Origin: a virus
Taxonomy: Duplodnaviria > Caudoviricetes
Direction: 5' to 3' (one strand)
IMG/VR virus record: IMGVR_UViG_3300021376_000006
DNA length: 64,000 bases
Part shown: positions 1-10,811 of the stretch, piece by piece
How the letters are laid out: every line of letters starts with the position of its first letter
Position numbering within the stretch: the stretch's first letter is position 1
The notes under the pieces: model-generated
Seen by the model: only the letters and a program-made list of their open reading frames with translations
Told to the model about the DNA's origin: nothing
Database searches by the model: none
Program-made: the position numbers and the translations under genes

Positions 1-81
1 CTCTACCAAGGTGTATGTGGCTAGCCACATACCAAAAACGATTGATACAAATTTTGCTACGTTGGGCAAATATTGTCTCAT
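1..81 (-). CDS. 5' part of a gene running off the window edge; N-terminal hydrophobic anchor (MRQYLPNVAKFVSIVFGMWLATYTLVE...)
   Basis: Manual translation; ATG at 81 preceded by strong SD AAGGAGG; upstream sigma70 promoter; not in ORF track because truncated. Confidence 0.6.
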   Translation of the reverse strand, partial: MRQYLPNVAKFVSIVFGMWLATYTLVE

Positions 82-167
82 CTTTTTTCCTCCTTCTTAA
101 GGTTGTAGTTTTATATAACTTCATATTTTTTGAGAAAACAACTGCTTTAACCCCATAATACGGGTAC

Positions 168-196
168 ATTATAGCATTTTTTCTGATTTTTTACAA
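168..196 (-). promoter_or_regulatory. sigma70-type promoter TTGTAA-17-TATAAT
   Basis: Read directly on minus strand in the intergenic gap upstream of the gene starting at 81. Confidence 0.7.
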
Positions 197-232
197 GTAA
201 TATGGGCAGTTAATGTGTATTTTTATTTTACA

Positions 233-493
233 TTAATTAATAAAAACATCAGGACTGCCAGATGTTGTGTGACCGCAAGTGGCTGGATCACCTAGTCTAC
301 AGGCCGGAATCCCATTAACAATTACATCAGATGAACCTTGAGCCATCACTGGTCCAGCATGTACTCCGGGTCCATGCCCTTGGACCGCGTCGCCAATTCT
401 AGCCTGGGGAGTGCCATTTACTATCACATCAGGACTACCTGCAATGATTAGACCGCCTGCTACATCTTGACCTTTACGAGCTGCACCACGCAT
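233..493 (-). CDS. PAAR-repeat spike-tip protein (gp5.4-like)
   Basis: GSPDVIVNG / PQARIGD / PACRLGDPATCGH repeats typical of PAAR; His/Cys zinc ligands. Confidence 0.9.
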   Translation of the reverse strand: MRGAARKGQDVAGGLIIAGSPDVIVNGTPQARIGDAVQGHGPGVHAGPVMAQGSSDVIVNGIPACRLGDPATCGHTTSGSPDVFIN

Positions 494-502
494 GATATTT
501 TC

Positions 503-814
503 CTAGGTAATAATACTTCCTATGGTAACAGGTTCAATACCTGTGGTTGTTTTGATATAATGTTTTTTCATTTGGTCAATACTGGGTGCATGCATAACTA
601 TATGTTGTTTTTGCAGTCGAACATTCACATCAGCATCGGCTGTGAACAGGCTTTGAATAAGTCCCATGCCTTGAGGGCTGGGCATCACAGTGCATGGTTT
701 AGAGATTTCTAAGTAATCGTCCGATATCAATTCAACTCGAGCAACAATTTCGTCCCCGGTTACCAATTTGAAACTCACAATATCCCCTGTGGAATAAATC
801 TTTGAAACTAACAT
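503..814 (-). CDS. Conserved phage protein, Sm-like fold probable
   Basis: GDIVSFKLVTGDEIVARV N-terminus resembles Sm-like proteins of T4-like phages; coupled to upstream gene. Confidence 0.5.
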   Translation of the reverse strand: MLVSKIYSTGDIVSFKLVTGDEIVARVELISDDYLEISKPCTVMPSPQGMGLIQSLFTADADVNVRLQKQHIVMHAPSIDQMKKHYIKTTTGIEPVTIGSIIT

Positions 815-1056
815 TAATTTTTTACCTTTTCAAAAAATTCATTTGGTTGTTTTTGAAGTCCATCGAAGCCGCCTGGAATAAGTTCATATCCATGAAATAT
901 CTGTGGCACACTTCGTAGACCTTTATCTACTAGCATCTGCCGCGATTCTGGGTCATACTCTATGTTAATTTCATTGTATTTGACGCCTTTGCTTTCTAAC
1001 AATTGTTTTGCTCTATCACAAAATGGGCAATTATTTTTTGAATAGATAGTAATCAT
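814..1056 (-). CDS. grx: Glutaredoxin (RNR reductant)
   Basis: CPFC active site, RSVPQIF motif, GGFD; downstream of nrdB. Confidence 0.92.
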   Translation of the reverse strand: MITIYSKNNCPFCDRAKQLLESKGVKYNEINIEYDPESRQMLVDKGLRSVPQIFHGYELIPGGFDGLQKQPNEFFEKVKN

Positions 1057-1154
1057 GTCTTTTCCTAAATTATTTTATCTTCTTTACATCTTGCTAGTAA
1101 TGGCCCTAATTCCAAACAAAAACTGCATCCTGCTACTAGTATATTCATAATATT

Positions 1155-1853
1155 TTACGAGTTAAATTTTATTATTTTATCTTTAATTAATCTTGGATAA
1201 ACATAACTCCTCATCCAATTATCATATCCAACAGTCGAAGGATGAAAGTCATCTGATTCTAAACCATTGCAATTTAGCGATGTTTCATATATACAATCAT
1301 TATTTTCTGCAAAAATAAAGTTTTCAAAATCAATTTCCTTGCATATATTTTTTAATTCTTGATATTTATAAACTCCAAAATTTCTATTTTTTACATAATC
1401 TTTGTGGTTCCAATAATTTACGTAAGTCATGAAATAATATTTTATGCCTTTACTTTTTAAAAAATTTTGCAATTTAATCATTTCAAATAAACTTCTAATG
1501 CCTCTAGTTAACTCGTTTCCTTTTTTAATAAGTTCTTGGTAAATTGAATTTTGGCTTAGTACATCACCACTGAACTCAAAAAATATGTTATCTAAAGCTT
1601 GTCTTTTGTTGTCAACAACTAGTTCATCAACTATTAAATCTATTCTTTGTAGTCCGGACCACATAACTATTACACAATCATAATCAAAATTTGAATAAAT
1701 TAGTTCTAAAATTATACTGTCACTTATATATTGGTTACCTGCGCCAGGCATACCAAGATTACGAACAGCACCAAAGTCTTTTAACCACACAGGCCATCCG
1801 TTTTTTAGATTTTGTTGTCCGGTGAAACTACAACCTGAAGTTAAAAAAATCAT
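1155..1853 (-). CDS. SGNH/GDSL hydrolase-like (possible O-acyl esterase/transferase)
   Basis: GCSF block I, NLGMPGAGN block II, DDFHP block V. Confidence 0.6.
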   Translation of the reverse strand: MIFLTSGCSFTGQQNLKNGWPVWLKDFGAVRNLGMPGAGNQYISDSIILELIYSNFDYDCVIVMWSGLQRIDLIVDELVVDNKRQALDNIFFEFSGDVLSQNSIYQELIKKGNELTRGIRSLFEMIKLQNFLKSKGIKYYFMTYVNYWNHKDYVKNRNFGVYKYQELKNICKEIDFENFIFAENNDCIYETSLNCNGLESDDFHPSTVGYDNWMRSYVYPRLIKDKIIKFNS

Positions 1854-1879
1854 TGTATTACTTGTGCAATTTCCGACAT

Positions 1880-3007
1880 TTATAAACTAAATCCTCGAAA
1901 TGTATTATTATCAACATCTTGTTTCGTGCCACCAATTACATAACTTGAAATTTCTGTTTCTTGTGGAGCAACTTGCACTTCGGCGCCGGCAATCCATTTG
2001 GCTGTCCATGGTAAGGGATTTGATCCTGGTTTCATTCCACAGTCTAGTCCTACTGCTGTCATGCGCTTGCAGGTCAACCAATCTACATAGTGACACAATA
2101 ATTGTTGATTAAGCCCAATCATGGATCCGTTTTGAAACAAATAATGTGCCCAGGCTTTTTCTTGTGCTGCGGCGGCTAAAAACATTTGATTGCATTCTGC
2201 ACGAGTTTCTTCTTTTATAGAAGCATAAGAAGGATCATCCTGTGGCAACAATTTGAGAAGGGTCTGCGTTGACCCTAAATGAACATTTTCGTCTCGCGCA
2301 ATTAATTTGATAATCTTGGCATTGCCTTCCATTTTCTTCAGTTCAGCAAAGGCCCATGAGCAAGCAAAGCTGACATAAAATCTAATACCTTCAAGTGCAT
2401 TGACACTATTCAAACACAACCACAATTTCTTTTTGAGTTCATACATATCAACCGTGACGGCTTCTCCGTTAACGGTATGTTCTCCTACCCCTAATAGATT
2501 GTAGTATTGCACCGATTTGATTAAATCATCATAATATTTGCTAATGTCTCGGGCACAGTCTACAATTTCTTTTATGTCCGTGAGCTCATCAAATATAATG
2601 CTAGGGTCACTATAAACGTTCCTGATAATATGAGTATAGCTACGGCTATGAATCGTTTCATTAAAGGCCCAAGTTTGTATCCAAGTTTCCAGCTCAGGAA
2701 TAGTAGCGACGGGAAGAAAAGCAAGGTTAGGACTACGACCTTGAACACTATCCAATAGGATCTGTCGCTTAAGATTGCTTGTAAAAATATGTTGTTCATG
2801 TTCTGTTAGTTCTTTGAAATCCTTGCTGTCTCGAAGTACATCAACTTCTTCTGGTCGCCAAAAGAAACCTAATTGTTTATCTGTTAATTTGTCAAATTGT
2901 CTATATTTTAGTGTGTCGTATCTTTGAATAGGTTGTGCGCCTGACTCATCTAAAAAGGCCAATGCTTCGGTGTGTTTGTTCTTATTATTAATATTAAATA
3001 CGCTCAT
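1880..3007 (-). CDS. nrdB: Ribonucleotide reductase class Ia beta subunit
   Basis: [44 protein letters not shown]; E. coli-like C-terminal [12 protein letters not shown]. Confidence 0.97.
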   Translation of the reverse strand: MSVFNINNKNKHTEALAFLDESGAQPIQRYDTLKYRQFDKLTDKQLGFFWRPEEVDVLRDSKDFKELTEHEQHIFTSNLKRQILLDSVQGRSPNLAFLPVATIPELETWIQTWAFNETIHSRSYTHIIRNVYSDPSIIFDELTDIKEIVDCARDISKYYDDLIKSVQYYNLLGVGEHTVNGEAVTVDMYELKKKLWLCLNSVNALEGIRFYVSFACSWAFAELKKMEGNAKIIKLIARDENVHLGSTQTLLKLLPQDDPSYASIKEETRAECNQMFLAAAAQEKAWAHYLFQNGSMIGLNQQLLCHYVDWLTCKRMTAVGLDCGMKPGSNPLPWTAKWIAGAEVQVAPQETEISSYVIGGTKQDVDNNTFRGFSL

Positions 3008-4212
3008 TAAAATTGATCCTTCTCTGTGCTGTGTGCCATGGCCGCTGTGCTCTTTGCACCTACAGCTTCGCTAATTAAATCAAAATAACCAACGCCAACT
3101 TCTCGTTGATGTTTTACCGTTGTAAATCCACGATCCTGTGCTGCAAACTCGCGCTCCTGCATTTCTGAATATCCAGCCATACCACGTTGCCGGTATGCCT
3201 CTGCCAGCTCAAAGGTTGCAAGATTAACACTGTGGAATCCAGCTAGTGTAATAAACTGAAACCGGTATCCTAATGCACCAAGTTCACGTTGAAAGGTCTC
3301 GCATTCTTCTTCGCTCAGGAACTTTCTCCAATTAAAACTAGGAGAGCAGTTATAAGCAAGCATTTGATCAGGATAAACACTGTGAATAGCATCGGCAAAT
3401 TTTTTCGCCTGCTTAATATCCGGCATGCTCGTTTCAAACCAGAGTAGGTCCGCATACGGCGCATAGGCCAATCCTCTGGCGATACAGGCCTCAATTCCAT
3501 TTTGAAATTTGAAGAAGCCTTCTTCTGTTCGTTCATGTACAATAAAATCCTTATCTAATGGATCATGATCTGATGTAATCAGCGTGGCCGCTTCTGCATC
3601 TGTACGAGCCATAATCACGGTATCCACACCGGCTACATCTGCGGCCAGTCTTGCAGCATTTAGATTGCGTATGGCCTGGCTGGTTGGAATCAATACCTTG
3701 CCTCCAAGATGCCCGCACTTCTTTTCGCTGCTCAGTTGATCTTCAAAGTGTACACCTGCGGCACCTGCTTCAATCATGGCCATCATGAGTTCATATGCAT
3801 TGAGTGCGCCACCAAATCCTGCTTCAGCGTCTGCCACAATAGGTAAGAAATAATCCACATCTGTTCGACCTTCACTAAAGTCAATTTGATCTGCACGACG
3901 GAAAGCATTGTTTATACCCTGTACAACTCGAGGCACACTATCTACCGGATACAAACTTTGATCCGGATAGGTAGTATTTGCGGTATTGTTAGCTGCTGCA
4001 ACTTGCCAGCCGCTTAGATAAATTGCTTTTAGGCCTGCCTTGGCATGTTGTACAGCCTGTTGACCATTATAGGCACCTAGTGTATTGATGTAAGGTTCGT
4101 TTTGTAACAGGGTGCGTAACTTATCTGCGCCTAGTCTGGCCAAGGTATGGTCTACTCTAATAGATCCCTGCAATTTTCTTACAGTATCAAAACTGTAATT
4201 TCTTTTTTTCAT
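3007..4212 (-). CDS. aceA: Isocitrate lyase
   Basis: [29 protein letters not shown] catalytic motif, [18 protein letters not shown]; start moved to MKKRNY (4212) behind AGGA SD. Confidence 0.97.
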   Translation of the reverse strand: MKKRNYSFDTVRKLQGSIRVDHTLARLGADKLRTLLQNEPYINTLGAYNGQQAVQHAKAGLKAIYLSGWQVAAANNTANTTYPDQSLYPVDSVPRVVQGINNAFRRADQIDFSEGRTDVDYFLPIVADAEAGFGGALNAYELMMAMIEAGAAGVHFEDQLSSEKKCGHLGGKVLIPTSQAIRNLNAARLAADVAGVDTVIMARTDAEAATLITSDHDPLDKDFIVHERTEEGFFKFQNGIEACIARGLAYAPYADLLWFETSMPDIKQAKKFADAIHSVYPDQMLAYNCSPSFNWRKFLSEEECETFQRELGALGYRFQFITLAGFHSVNLATFELAEAYRQRGMAGYSEMQEREFAAQDRGFTTVKHQREVGVGYFDLISEAVGAKSTAAMAHSTEKDQF

Positions 4213-4220
4213 ATTTTTTC

Positions 4221-6524
4221 CTAGATTACGCAACTATCACAGTCTTCTTGACTTGTATATTCTTGTTCTTCAACTTGTCGAAATTCAACTAGTTTGTCTA
4301 TGTTTACTTCACCTTGTCCATCAAATGTATTAAAATAATATAGTTGTTTTAATCCATATTTGTAACACATTAATAAATGCTGTAGCATTTCGCTCATAGG
4401 AATCTTCTCGTCGTCGTAGTGTTGTGGATTATAACTGGTGTTTACGCTTATTCCTTGATCAATATACTTTTGCAATACCGCACAAATTTTGAGATAACCT
4501 TCGGGACTGATCTGATCCCAAAGTAACTCATACTTGTTTTTTAATCTACGATATTCAGGAACCACTTGCCTTAACGCACCGTGTTTACTTTGCTTCACGG
4601 ATACACATGATCGTGGTGGCTCTATACCATTAGTGGCATTTGAAATTTGTGCAGATGTTTCTGCAGGCATTAGTGCCATTAGTGTAGCGTTACGCTGACC
4701 TGTACGCTGAATCTGTTCGCGTAGCGATTGCCATGGCATCCGTTCTGTATATGGAACTAATTCATCTACCTCGCGCTTACGTGTATCAATTGGTAATACC
4801 CCTTTTGCACTCTTTAGATCTTGCCAACGAGTACAAGCACCTTGCTCTTCAGCGAGATCTGCAGAAGTCTTGATCAAATAATAAGACCAAGCTTCTGCAT
4901 ACTCGTCAACCAAGGCCAATGCCTTAGGATCACTATAACTGACATCATTTTTGGCCAAGAAGTAGGCAAAATTGATAATACCAATGCCCAAGGGTCTAAA
5001 TTCTTCCGTAGCCAATTGTGCTGCACGAATTGGATAGTTTTGATAACTTAATAAAGCATCCAATCCTCTTACCGCCAACCTACACATCTTCTCGAAGTCA
5101 TGTGGGCTTTTTACATTGCCCCAATTGATCGCTGATAGAGTACACAGGGCGATCCTACCATCCTCGTCGTTGACGTCTCGTAACGGTACAGTTGGTAAAT
5201 CTATTTCCGCGCAAAGATTACTCATCTTGATGGGTGCCACAGCTTCGTCAAACGGCGAGTGGGTATTGGCATGATCAACATTCTGCAAATATATTCTTCC
5301 CGTATCCTTGCGTTCCTGCATGAATCTACTAAACAAATCACTAGCCTTGAAAGTTTTCTTTCTCAGCTTGGTATTACGCTCTGCTCGCTCATAAAGCTCT
5401 TTGAATCGATCCTGATCGTTGAAAAAAGCAGAGTACAGCTCAGGTACATCATTGGGACTAAAACAGGTAATGTCGCCGCCTGTAATTAGTCTTTCATACA
5501 TCAACTTGTTAAATTGCACGCCGTAATCCATATGGCGCACACGGTTATCTTCTGTGCCTTTGTTGTTCTTTAATACAATCAGGTCCTCGATCTCAAGGTG
5601 CCAGATTGGGTAGTACAGTGTAGCGGCGCCATTGCGTACACCCCCTTGGCTACAACTCCGCGTTGCGCTTTGGAACAACTTGTAAAAAGGTATAACCCCG
5701 GTGTGGTAAGCATCTCCGTTTCGTATTGGGCTGCCAAGTGCTCGTATTCGACCTGCTCCAATTCCAATTCCGGCTTTTTGGCTGACGTACTTGACAATAC
5801 TGCTAGTAGTGGCATTGATACTGTCAAGACTGTCATCTGTTTCAATAAGCACACAGCTAGAGAATTGCTTTTGCGGTGTGCGAACACCGGCCATGACAGG
5901 AGTAGGCAAACTGATATCATGTAAACTGATAGCATCGTAGTAGTCCTTGATCCATTGTAATCGTGTTTCTTGGGGATACGTTTGAAACAGTGTAGCTGCT
6001 ATCAGTATATATGCCACTTGTGGAGTTTCGTATATTTCGTTGGTAACTCTATTTTGTACTAGATACTTGCCGCGCCATTGCTCCATGGCCACATAAGTAA
6101 AATGTTTATCTCTTTCATGGTGAACAAAACTGTTCAGACGATCCCATTCGCTAGCAGTATATGCGTCTATTAGACCTTGATCATAAAAATCCGATTCCAC
6201 ATTTTGCTGTACCAATTTAATCAACGGCCACGGACTGTAATCACCATATACCTGTTTGCGTAAATGATAATTAATTAGTCTTCCTGCTACATATTGATAA
6301 TTTGGAGTTTCTTCGCTTATAAGATCAGCAGCAGATTTAATAAGTGTTTCTTGGATATCTGCTGTTTTTATTCCGTTATAAAACTGTATGTGGCTTTTTA
6401 TCTCTACTTCGCTTGCGCTTACACCAGTGATTCCTTCGGTTGCCCAAAATACAACTCGGTGTAGTTTTTCTAAATCTAGTAATTCTTTACGTCCGTCTCT
6501 TTTAGTAACTTGAATTTGTGTCAT
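4221..6524 (-). CDS. nrdA: Ribonucleotide reductase class Ia alpha subunit with ATP cone
   Basis: N-terminal VTKRDG ATP cone, [27 protein letters not shown]-terminal CDSC; normal length, no intein. Confidence 0.97.
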   Translation of the reverse strand: MTQIQVTKRDGRKELLDLEKLHRVVFWATEGITGVSASEVEIKSHIQFYNGIKTADIQETLIKSAADLISEETPNYQYVAGRLINYHLRKQVYGDYSPWPLIKLVQQNVESDFYDQGLIDAYTASEWDRLNSFVHHERDKHFTYVAMEQWRGKYLVQNRVTNEIYETPQVAYILIAATLFQTYPQETRLQWIKDYYDAISLHDISLPTPVMAGVRTPQKQFSSCVLIETDDSLDSINATTSSIVKYVSQKAGIGIGAGRIRALGSPIRNGDAYHTGVIPFYKLFQSATRSCSQGGVRNGAATLYYPIWHLEIEDLIVLKNNKGTEDNRVRHMDYGVQFNKLMYERLITGGDITCFSPNDVPELYSAFFNDQDRFKELYERAERNTKLRKKTFKASDLFSRFMQERKDTGRIYLQNVDHANTHSPFDEAVAPIKMSNLCAEIDLPTVPLRDVNDEDGRIALCTLSAINWGNVKSPHDFEKMCRLAVRGLDALLSYQNYPIRAAQLATEEFRPLGIGIINFAYFLAKNDVSYSDPKALALVDEYAEAWSYYLIKTSADLAEEQGACTRWQDLKSAKGVLPIDTRKREVDELVPYTERMPWQSLREQIQRTGQRNATLMALMPAETSAQISNATNGIEPPRSCVSVKQSKHGALRQVVPEYRRLKNKYELLWDQISPEGYLKICAVLQKYIDQGISVNTSYNPQHYDDEKIPMSEMLQHLLMCYKYGLKQLYYFNTFDGQGEVNIDKLVEFRQVEEQEYTSQEDCDSCVI

Positions 6525-6532
6525 TAACGCCT

Positions 6533-6985
6533 CTAGTATTGTTCTAATTTTAAGTCAACCGCTGTGTAGCGATATTTTAATTTTAATTCTTGATTAATGT
6601 GTTCTTTATTTACAATCTCGTCCTCAATCAAATTAAGAACATATTTTCCGCCACACAAGTATGCTATATGGTAATTGTACCTGGTCTTTCGATCGTAATA
6701 TATCCTAATTTCCGGTTCTAAGAATGATTTATGACCTGAAAGATGTAAAGTATACACGATTCCTAACACTTTAGCAAGGTCACAATAGGTATTTTCTTGT
6801 AACAACTGCCATGGATCTGGCCAATTGGATGGCGAGTCATAATCCAAGTAAAAAGGACTGAAAGGACAAGTATGCCATAATTCCAAAGTCGTATGTATGG
6901 CTTCAACTAAAGATAGATTGTCGAAATTTTGCCTAACAGACTTCCACCGCCGCAATCGCTCGCTGGTTGATAATTTGAACATCAA
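6533..6985 (-). CDS. Conserved hypothetical, transglutaminase-like Cys motif
   Basis: WPDPWQLL..NTYCDLAK resembles papain-like/transglutaminase catalytic Cys region; ATGA coupling. Confidence 0.4.
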   Translation of the reverse strand: MMFKLSTSERLRRWKSVRQNFDNLSLVEAIHTTLELWHTCPFSPFYLDYDSPSNWPDPWQLLQENTYCDLAKVLGIVYTLHLSGHKSFLEPEIRIYYDRKTRYNYHIAYLCGGKYVLNLIEDEIVNKEHINQELKLKYRYTAVDLKLEQY

Positions 6986-8352
6986 ATGAACTGTCTATAT
7001 GTGAATTGATATGTTGCGATTCCACTGCTTACAGAAACAAGAATGCAGTCGTTATTAGCTGATATATTAGCACCCACTCCGGTGGGCGTTTCAACGTAGC
7101 TGTCAGTATAAGTCAGTGTAGAGCCTTGTGTGGCCAGTGTCAATGATCCTATTCTAACATTACTATTACTTTTCAGTTGATAATCAACAATGCCTGCTGC
7201 GTTGCCAGCCGTGACAAAAACAGATGGTGTTGTTGTGATAGTAAATCGTTGGCTAGGATTTATTACACAGTTGCCTAAATATAAACCTGAATTCACTCTG
7301 TTGTCACTGTCGTAAAAGTTGCCAAGTTCAAAATTAAAATTACTTCCATTTGAAACAAAGCTTGTTGCTCCACCTATGTAATTGCCTATGCTTACGAACC
7401 CGGTACTAGTACCAAGATGAGCTGCTGTATTGCTCATATCAGTAAAACTACTGTTCATAACTCTTACTGATGTAATTGATGCACCGGTTAAAGCAATACT
7501 GTTGCCGCCACCAACAAACACACAGGTATCAAATGTAAGTTTACTAGATCCAATTACTGAACTTGCAACCGAAACAATGTTAGGAAAAAAACCTGCGCTT
7601 GCATTTGAAACAAACTTGCTGTTTGTTATTTTTACATTACTAGCACTGTCAATCACAACCAGCGGAGTTACAATGCTTGCATTACTGTTAAAGAAATTTA
7701 TGCCGTTAACTTCTATATCTATAGGATAAACAGCTGAACCACTTCCAATACTTGCTGCTGTCTGAAAAGAACTGTCGCATGTTGTAGCTACAGACTGATT
7801 GCCCATTGATTGTTTTATTACGGTACTAGATAATCCATCACCCACCAGTTTGGTGTATGGAGGAATTAAAAGGGTGCTGTTAATAGCGTATGTTCCGCCA
7901 GGAAAATAAATTGTTCGTCTGGCTCGAGGTTCAGTCGGACTGACTGTTGATTGGTAAATCTGTTGTATTGCACGATTAATTGCTACTGTATCATCTGTAG
8001 TACCATCACCAACTGCTCCAAAATCTTTTACATTTACAATGTCATCTAATTTTTGTTGGTAGGTCCTTACAGTAGGCGACATTATACTTGCACCGGTTTG
8101 TGCTGTATAACCTGCAGTATTGCCTACAAAAGTGTACGAAGAAAATGCAACGTTTGAAGTTAAATCATAAATGTCATGTTCTGTTAAAATCCGCGTGATG
8201 CCCACAATTGGGGCGCCTTCTGCCAGAGTGCCATTACCAATATATAATTGTCTTGTATCTACGCTCCAGCCAAGCTCAGCTGAGGCAAGTTGCGGAAGAT
8301 CTTGCTCCAATCCCCTGCGATGTTGAATTCTGCTTATCTGCGTAACGGCCAT
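6982..8352 (-). CDS. Tailspike/baseplate protein with Mtd-N-like head and pectate-lyase-like beta helix
   Basis: QISRIQHRRG...ELGWSVDTRQLYIGNG N-terminus; VNVKDFGAVGDGTTDDTVAINRAI and IYFPGGTY motifs; TAAATA box upstream. Confidence 0.8.
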   Translation of the reverse strand: MAVTQISRIQHRRGLEQDLPQLASAELGWSVDTRQLYIGNGTLAEGAPIVGITRILTEHDIYDLTSNVAFSSYTFVGNTAGYTAQTGASIMSPTVRTYQQKLDDIVNVKDFGAVGDGTTDDTVAINRAIQQIYQSTVSPTEPRARRTIYFPGGTYAINSTLLIPPYTKLVGDGLSSTVIKQSMGNQSVATTCDSSFQTAASIGSGSAVYPIDIEVNGINFFNSNASIVTPLVVIDSASNVKITNSKFVSNASAGFFPNIVSVASSVIGSSKLTFDTCVFVGGGNSIALTGASITSVRVMNSSFTDMSNTAAHLGTSTGFVSIGNYIGGATSFVSNGSNFNFELGNFYDSDNRVNSGLYLGNCVINPSQRFTITTTPSVFVTAGNAAGIVDYQLKSNSNVRIGSLTLATQGSTLTYTDSYVETPTGVGANISANNDCILVSVSSGIATYQFTYRQFI

Positions 8353-8376
8353 GCTAAATCCTCAATTATTGTGTAT

Positions 8377-9075
8377 TTAGCTTGTTAGGTAGTACAGTTC
8401 GACTCTACGCATCCATTGATCGCTCCAATACTGGAAATCCTTGGGTTCTAGCACAAATTCTTGATACTGGGGGGTTGAATTTTCATCAGCCGGTAGAGCA
8501 CACATAAGAATGACACCTGTAGTAATGCTTGTTCCGTGTGTGCCGTTGTGAGCCGCCGCATATGCCGCGAGCTGTAAAAAATAATCGTCGATCCATTCGC
8601 GTTTCTTAGGCTTGTTCGTTTGTTTAAAATCCATGATCGCAGGCTGTCCTCGCCAAACGCCCACACAGTCAGTAGTACCAGCATAAAGCCCAGAATAGTA
8701 TAAAGGCACCTCGCAACCCCAATATTCATCAACATTTCCTAATCCTTCCAATATAACTTGTGCTGCCATAAACCACGAGGGTTGAGCATAGGGATTAGCA
8801 GGAAAATCGCCTAAGTCATCGTGCTTGATATACCGTTCTAGATAGGTATGCATTCTGGTACCACGATTGGCAGCTTCGGTTGTGATCTGTTGCGCTCGTT
8901 CATGACCTACACGATCTTTCCACTCGCGCAATGCTTGTCGGGCTTCTTCGGGCTTAGTACGATCCAGTATGGTTGTTACACTGGGTACCTTGCTACCATC
9001 AGGAAGACAATAGTGTCGCTTGCCCTCAACAGTGGTCCTGTTAAGGGGCTTGTAGTCAAATTTTTGAATAATCAT
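8377..9075 (-). CDS. PD-(D/E)XK exonuclease (RecB/Cas4-like phage exonuclease)
   Basis: PSVTTIL, RGTRMH, EVPL, AGTTDC, MDFKQ, QLAAY motifs. Confidence 0.85.
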   Translation of the reverse strand: MIIQKFDYKPLNRTTVEGKRHYCLPDGSKVPSVTTILDRTKPEEARQALREWKDRVGHERAQQITTEAANRGTRMHTYLERYIKHDDLGDFPANPYAQPSWFMAAQVILEGLGNVDEYWGCEVPLYYSGLYAGTTDCVGVWRGQPAIMDFKQTNKPKKREWIDDYFLQLAAYAAAHNGTHGTSITTGVILMCALPADENSTPQYQEFVLEPKDFQYWSDQWMRRVELYYLTS

Positions 9076-10075
9076 CTAAAATTTTATTAATTTGAGCAGC
9101 TAACAATTTATCATAATTGGTACTTGTTAATAAATTAAAATTGTGCTCAACAATTGATTGTATTTGATTTAGTATTTTATCTTGATCTTGATTACATAAA
9201 AAAACAACTTGTTTCATTACTGCTGTAAATCTTTGCTTTTCGTTGACTATAGAATCATAGGTCTCGTCTATTATAATATTAAAAGTTTGAAAACCTAATT
9301 CTTTTAAAAAATTGAGATAACCAGGACTTGAAAAAACTACAAACAATCGTTTGGCCAAAATTGGTCTTGCAATCTTTTCGCTTACAAGAATAAGATCGTT
9401 TTGACTGACAGTTTCTGAAACCATTGTGTAAGCAGTTTGTGTGTAAAGTTGTACAGGAACATACTTATAGTTAACTATTTCTACATCATTGTACAAAGCT
9501 GTAGCATCAAATCTATTTTGGATATCATCATACCAATAAGTAGGATTTTTATTATGTCCTGCGTAAGTAAATATTATTTTATCTTCAAGTAATTCCCTTG
9601 GTATCAACTCGTATATAAGATCTCTAGGAGGTCTATTAGATCCCAACAAACAATCAAAATATTTAGACTTTGGTTGATTGGGTGAAATATCATTTAAAAG
9701 GTTGTTTATTCCTAAATTATTATAAGTAGCAGCTATCTCCCGCATCCAAGCGTTCCAAAACAAATTTTTTGTTTCATATGTTTTACAGTATTTTCCTGGT
9801 AAGACCCATATAACATTGCGAAACAATTCAAGGTTGATATGATTTGTCCAATTTGGATGATCTGCAAAATAAAAAACTAAGGTAGAATGTGTATTTAAAT
9901 TGTATAATATAGATGGAAATTCACTTCCGCACTGAAAAATACATGATACTTTAAATTTCTTGTTTGAAGATATGAATTCGTCTAAATCATGCGTTATTTC
10001 GAATTTTTTTATATCTACGTAGTCATCCTTAAACCATCGTTCAAAGAAGAATTTTTGAGAATAATATAACAACAT
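9056..10075 (-). CDS. Glycosyltransferase-like protein (GT10-like C-terminus)
   Basis: VSETVS..LVSEKIARPI..GFQTF..IIDETYD motif; paralog of 39079..40149. Confidence 0.45.
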   Translation of the reverse strand: MLLYYSQKFFFERWFKDDYVDIKKFEITHDLDEFISSNKKFKVSCIFQCGSEFPSILYNLNTHSTLVFYFADHPNWTNHINLELFRNVIWVLPGKYCKTYETKNLFWNAWMREIAATYNNLGINNLLNDISPNQPKSKYFDCLLGSNRPPRDLIYELIPRELLEDKIIFTYAGHNKNPTYWYDDIQNRFDATALYNDVEIVNYKYVPVQLYTQTAYTMVSETVSQNDLILVSEKIARPILAKRLFVVFSSPGYLNFLKELGFQTFNIIIDETYDSIVNEKQRFTAVMKQVVFLCNQDQDKILNQIQSIVEHNFNLLTSTNYDKLLAAQINKILDDYSKI

Positions 10076-10395
10076 TATATACGGAAGCTTTCGCCGCAGC
10101 CGCAGCGATCACGTTCCTTGCTGTTTATAAAATCAAAGCCTTCGTTAAGACCTTGACGTTTGTAATCCATGGTCATGCCATCAATGTAAGGAAGATCCTT
10201 GGGATTGACAAATACACTAACACCATTTGATTCATACTTGACCTGTTCATCTGTGGGTTTGTCAATGTATTCTAATTTGTATGCCAATCCAGAACAGCCT
10301 GTGGTTCTTACTCCAATGAGAATACCAGCACCATGACCTCTACGGTCAAGCTGTTGTCTTACTTTTTTTGCTGCCAGTTCAGTTAGCTGTATCAT
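10075..10395 (-). CDS. iscA: Fe-S cluster carrier IscA
   Basis: TTGCSGLAY, DGMTMDY, RCGCGESF; start moved to MIQLTE. Confidence 0.93.
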   Translation of the reverse strand: MIQLTELAAKKVRQQLDRRGHGAGILIGVRTTGCSGLAYKLEYIDKPTDEQVKYESNGVSVFVNPKDLPYIDGMTMDYKRQGLNEGFDFINSKERDRCGCGESFRI

Positions 10396-10765
10396 TTTTT
10401 GATCGATAGTCTGCCAGTGCTGCTTTGATAGCATCTTCGGCTAAAATACTACAGTGGATTTTAACCGGAGGTAACGCGAGTTCTTCCGCAATGTCCGAAT
10501 TCTTAATTGAATCCGCTTCATCAAGACTTTTTCCTTTAAGCCACGTAGTGACCAACGACGAGCTTGCTATAGCCGAACCGCAACCGTATGTTTTAAATTT
10601 GGCATCGGTGATAACATTGTCTTCTACTCGAATTTGAAGTTGCAAAACATCGCCGCATGCTGGCGCACCAACTAAACCAGTGCCTACGCTTGGGTCTGTT
10701 TTATCTAGTTTTCCAACATTTCTTGGATTTTCATAATGATCCAAAACCTGACCTGAATAAGCCAT
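10379..10765 (-). CDS. iscU: Fe-S cluster scaffold IscU
   Basis: YS.QVLDHYENPRNVG, GAPACGD, KTYGCGSAIASSS, LPPVKIHCS; all ligands intact. Confidence 0.96.
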   Translation of the reverse strand: MAYSGQVLDHYENPRNVGKLDKTDPSVGTGLVGAPACGDVLQLQIRVEDNVITDAKFKTYGCGSAIASSSLVTTWLKGKSLDEADSIKNSDIAEELALPPVKIHCSILAEDAIKAALADYRSKNDTAN

Positions 10766-10782
10766 ACATTCTCCTTGGAGAT

Positions 10783-10811
10783 ATTATAAACTTTTTAAGA
10801 TCTTTTTGCAA
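10783..10811 (-). promoter_or_regulatory. sigma70-type promoter TTGCAA-17-TATAAT for iscU-iscA
   Basis: Read on minus strand; followed by AAGGAG SD and iscU ATG. Confidence 0.6.

Noticed and set aside
13-32. Perfect 20-bp palindrome GTATGTGGCTAGCCACATAC
   Set aside because: Single occurrence inside a coding region with no T tract; cannot be distinguished from chance.
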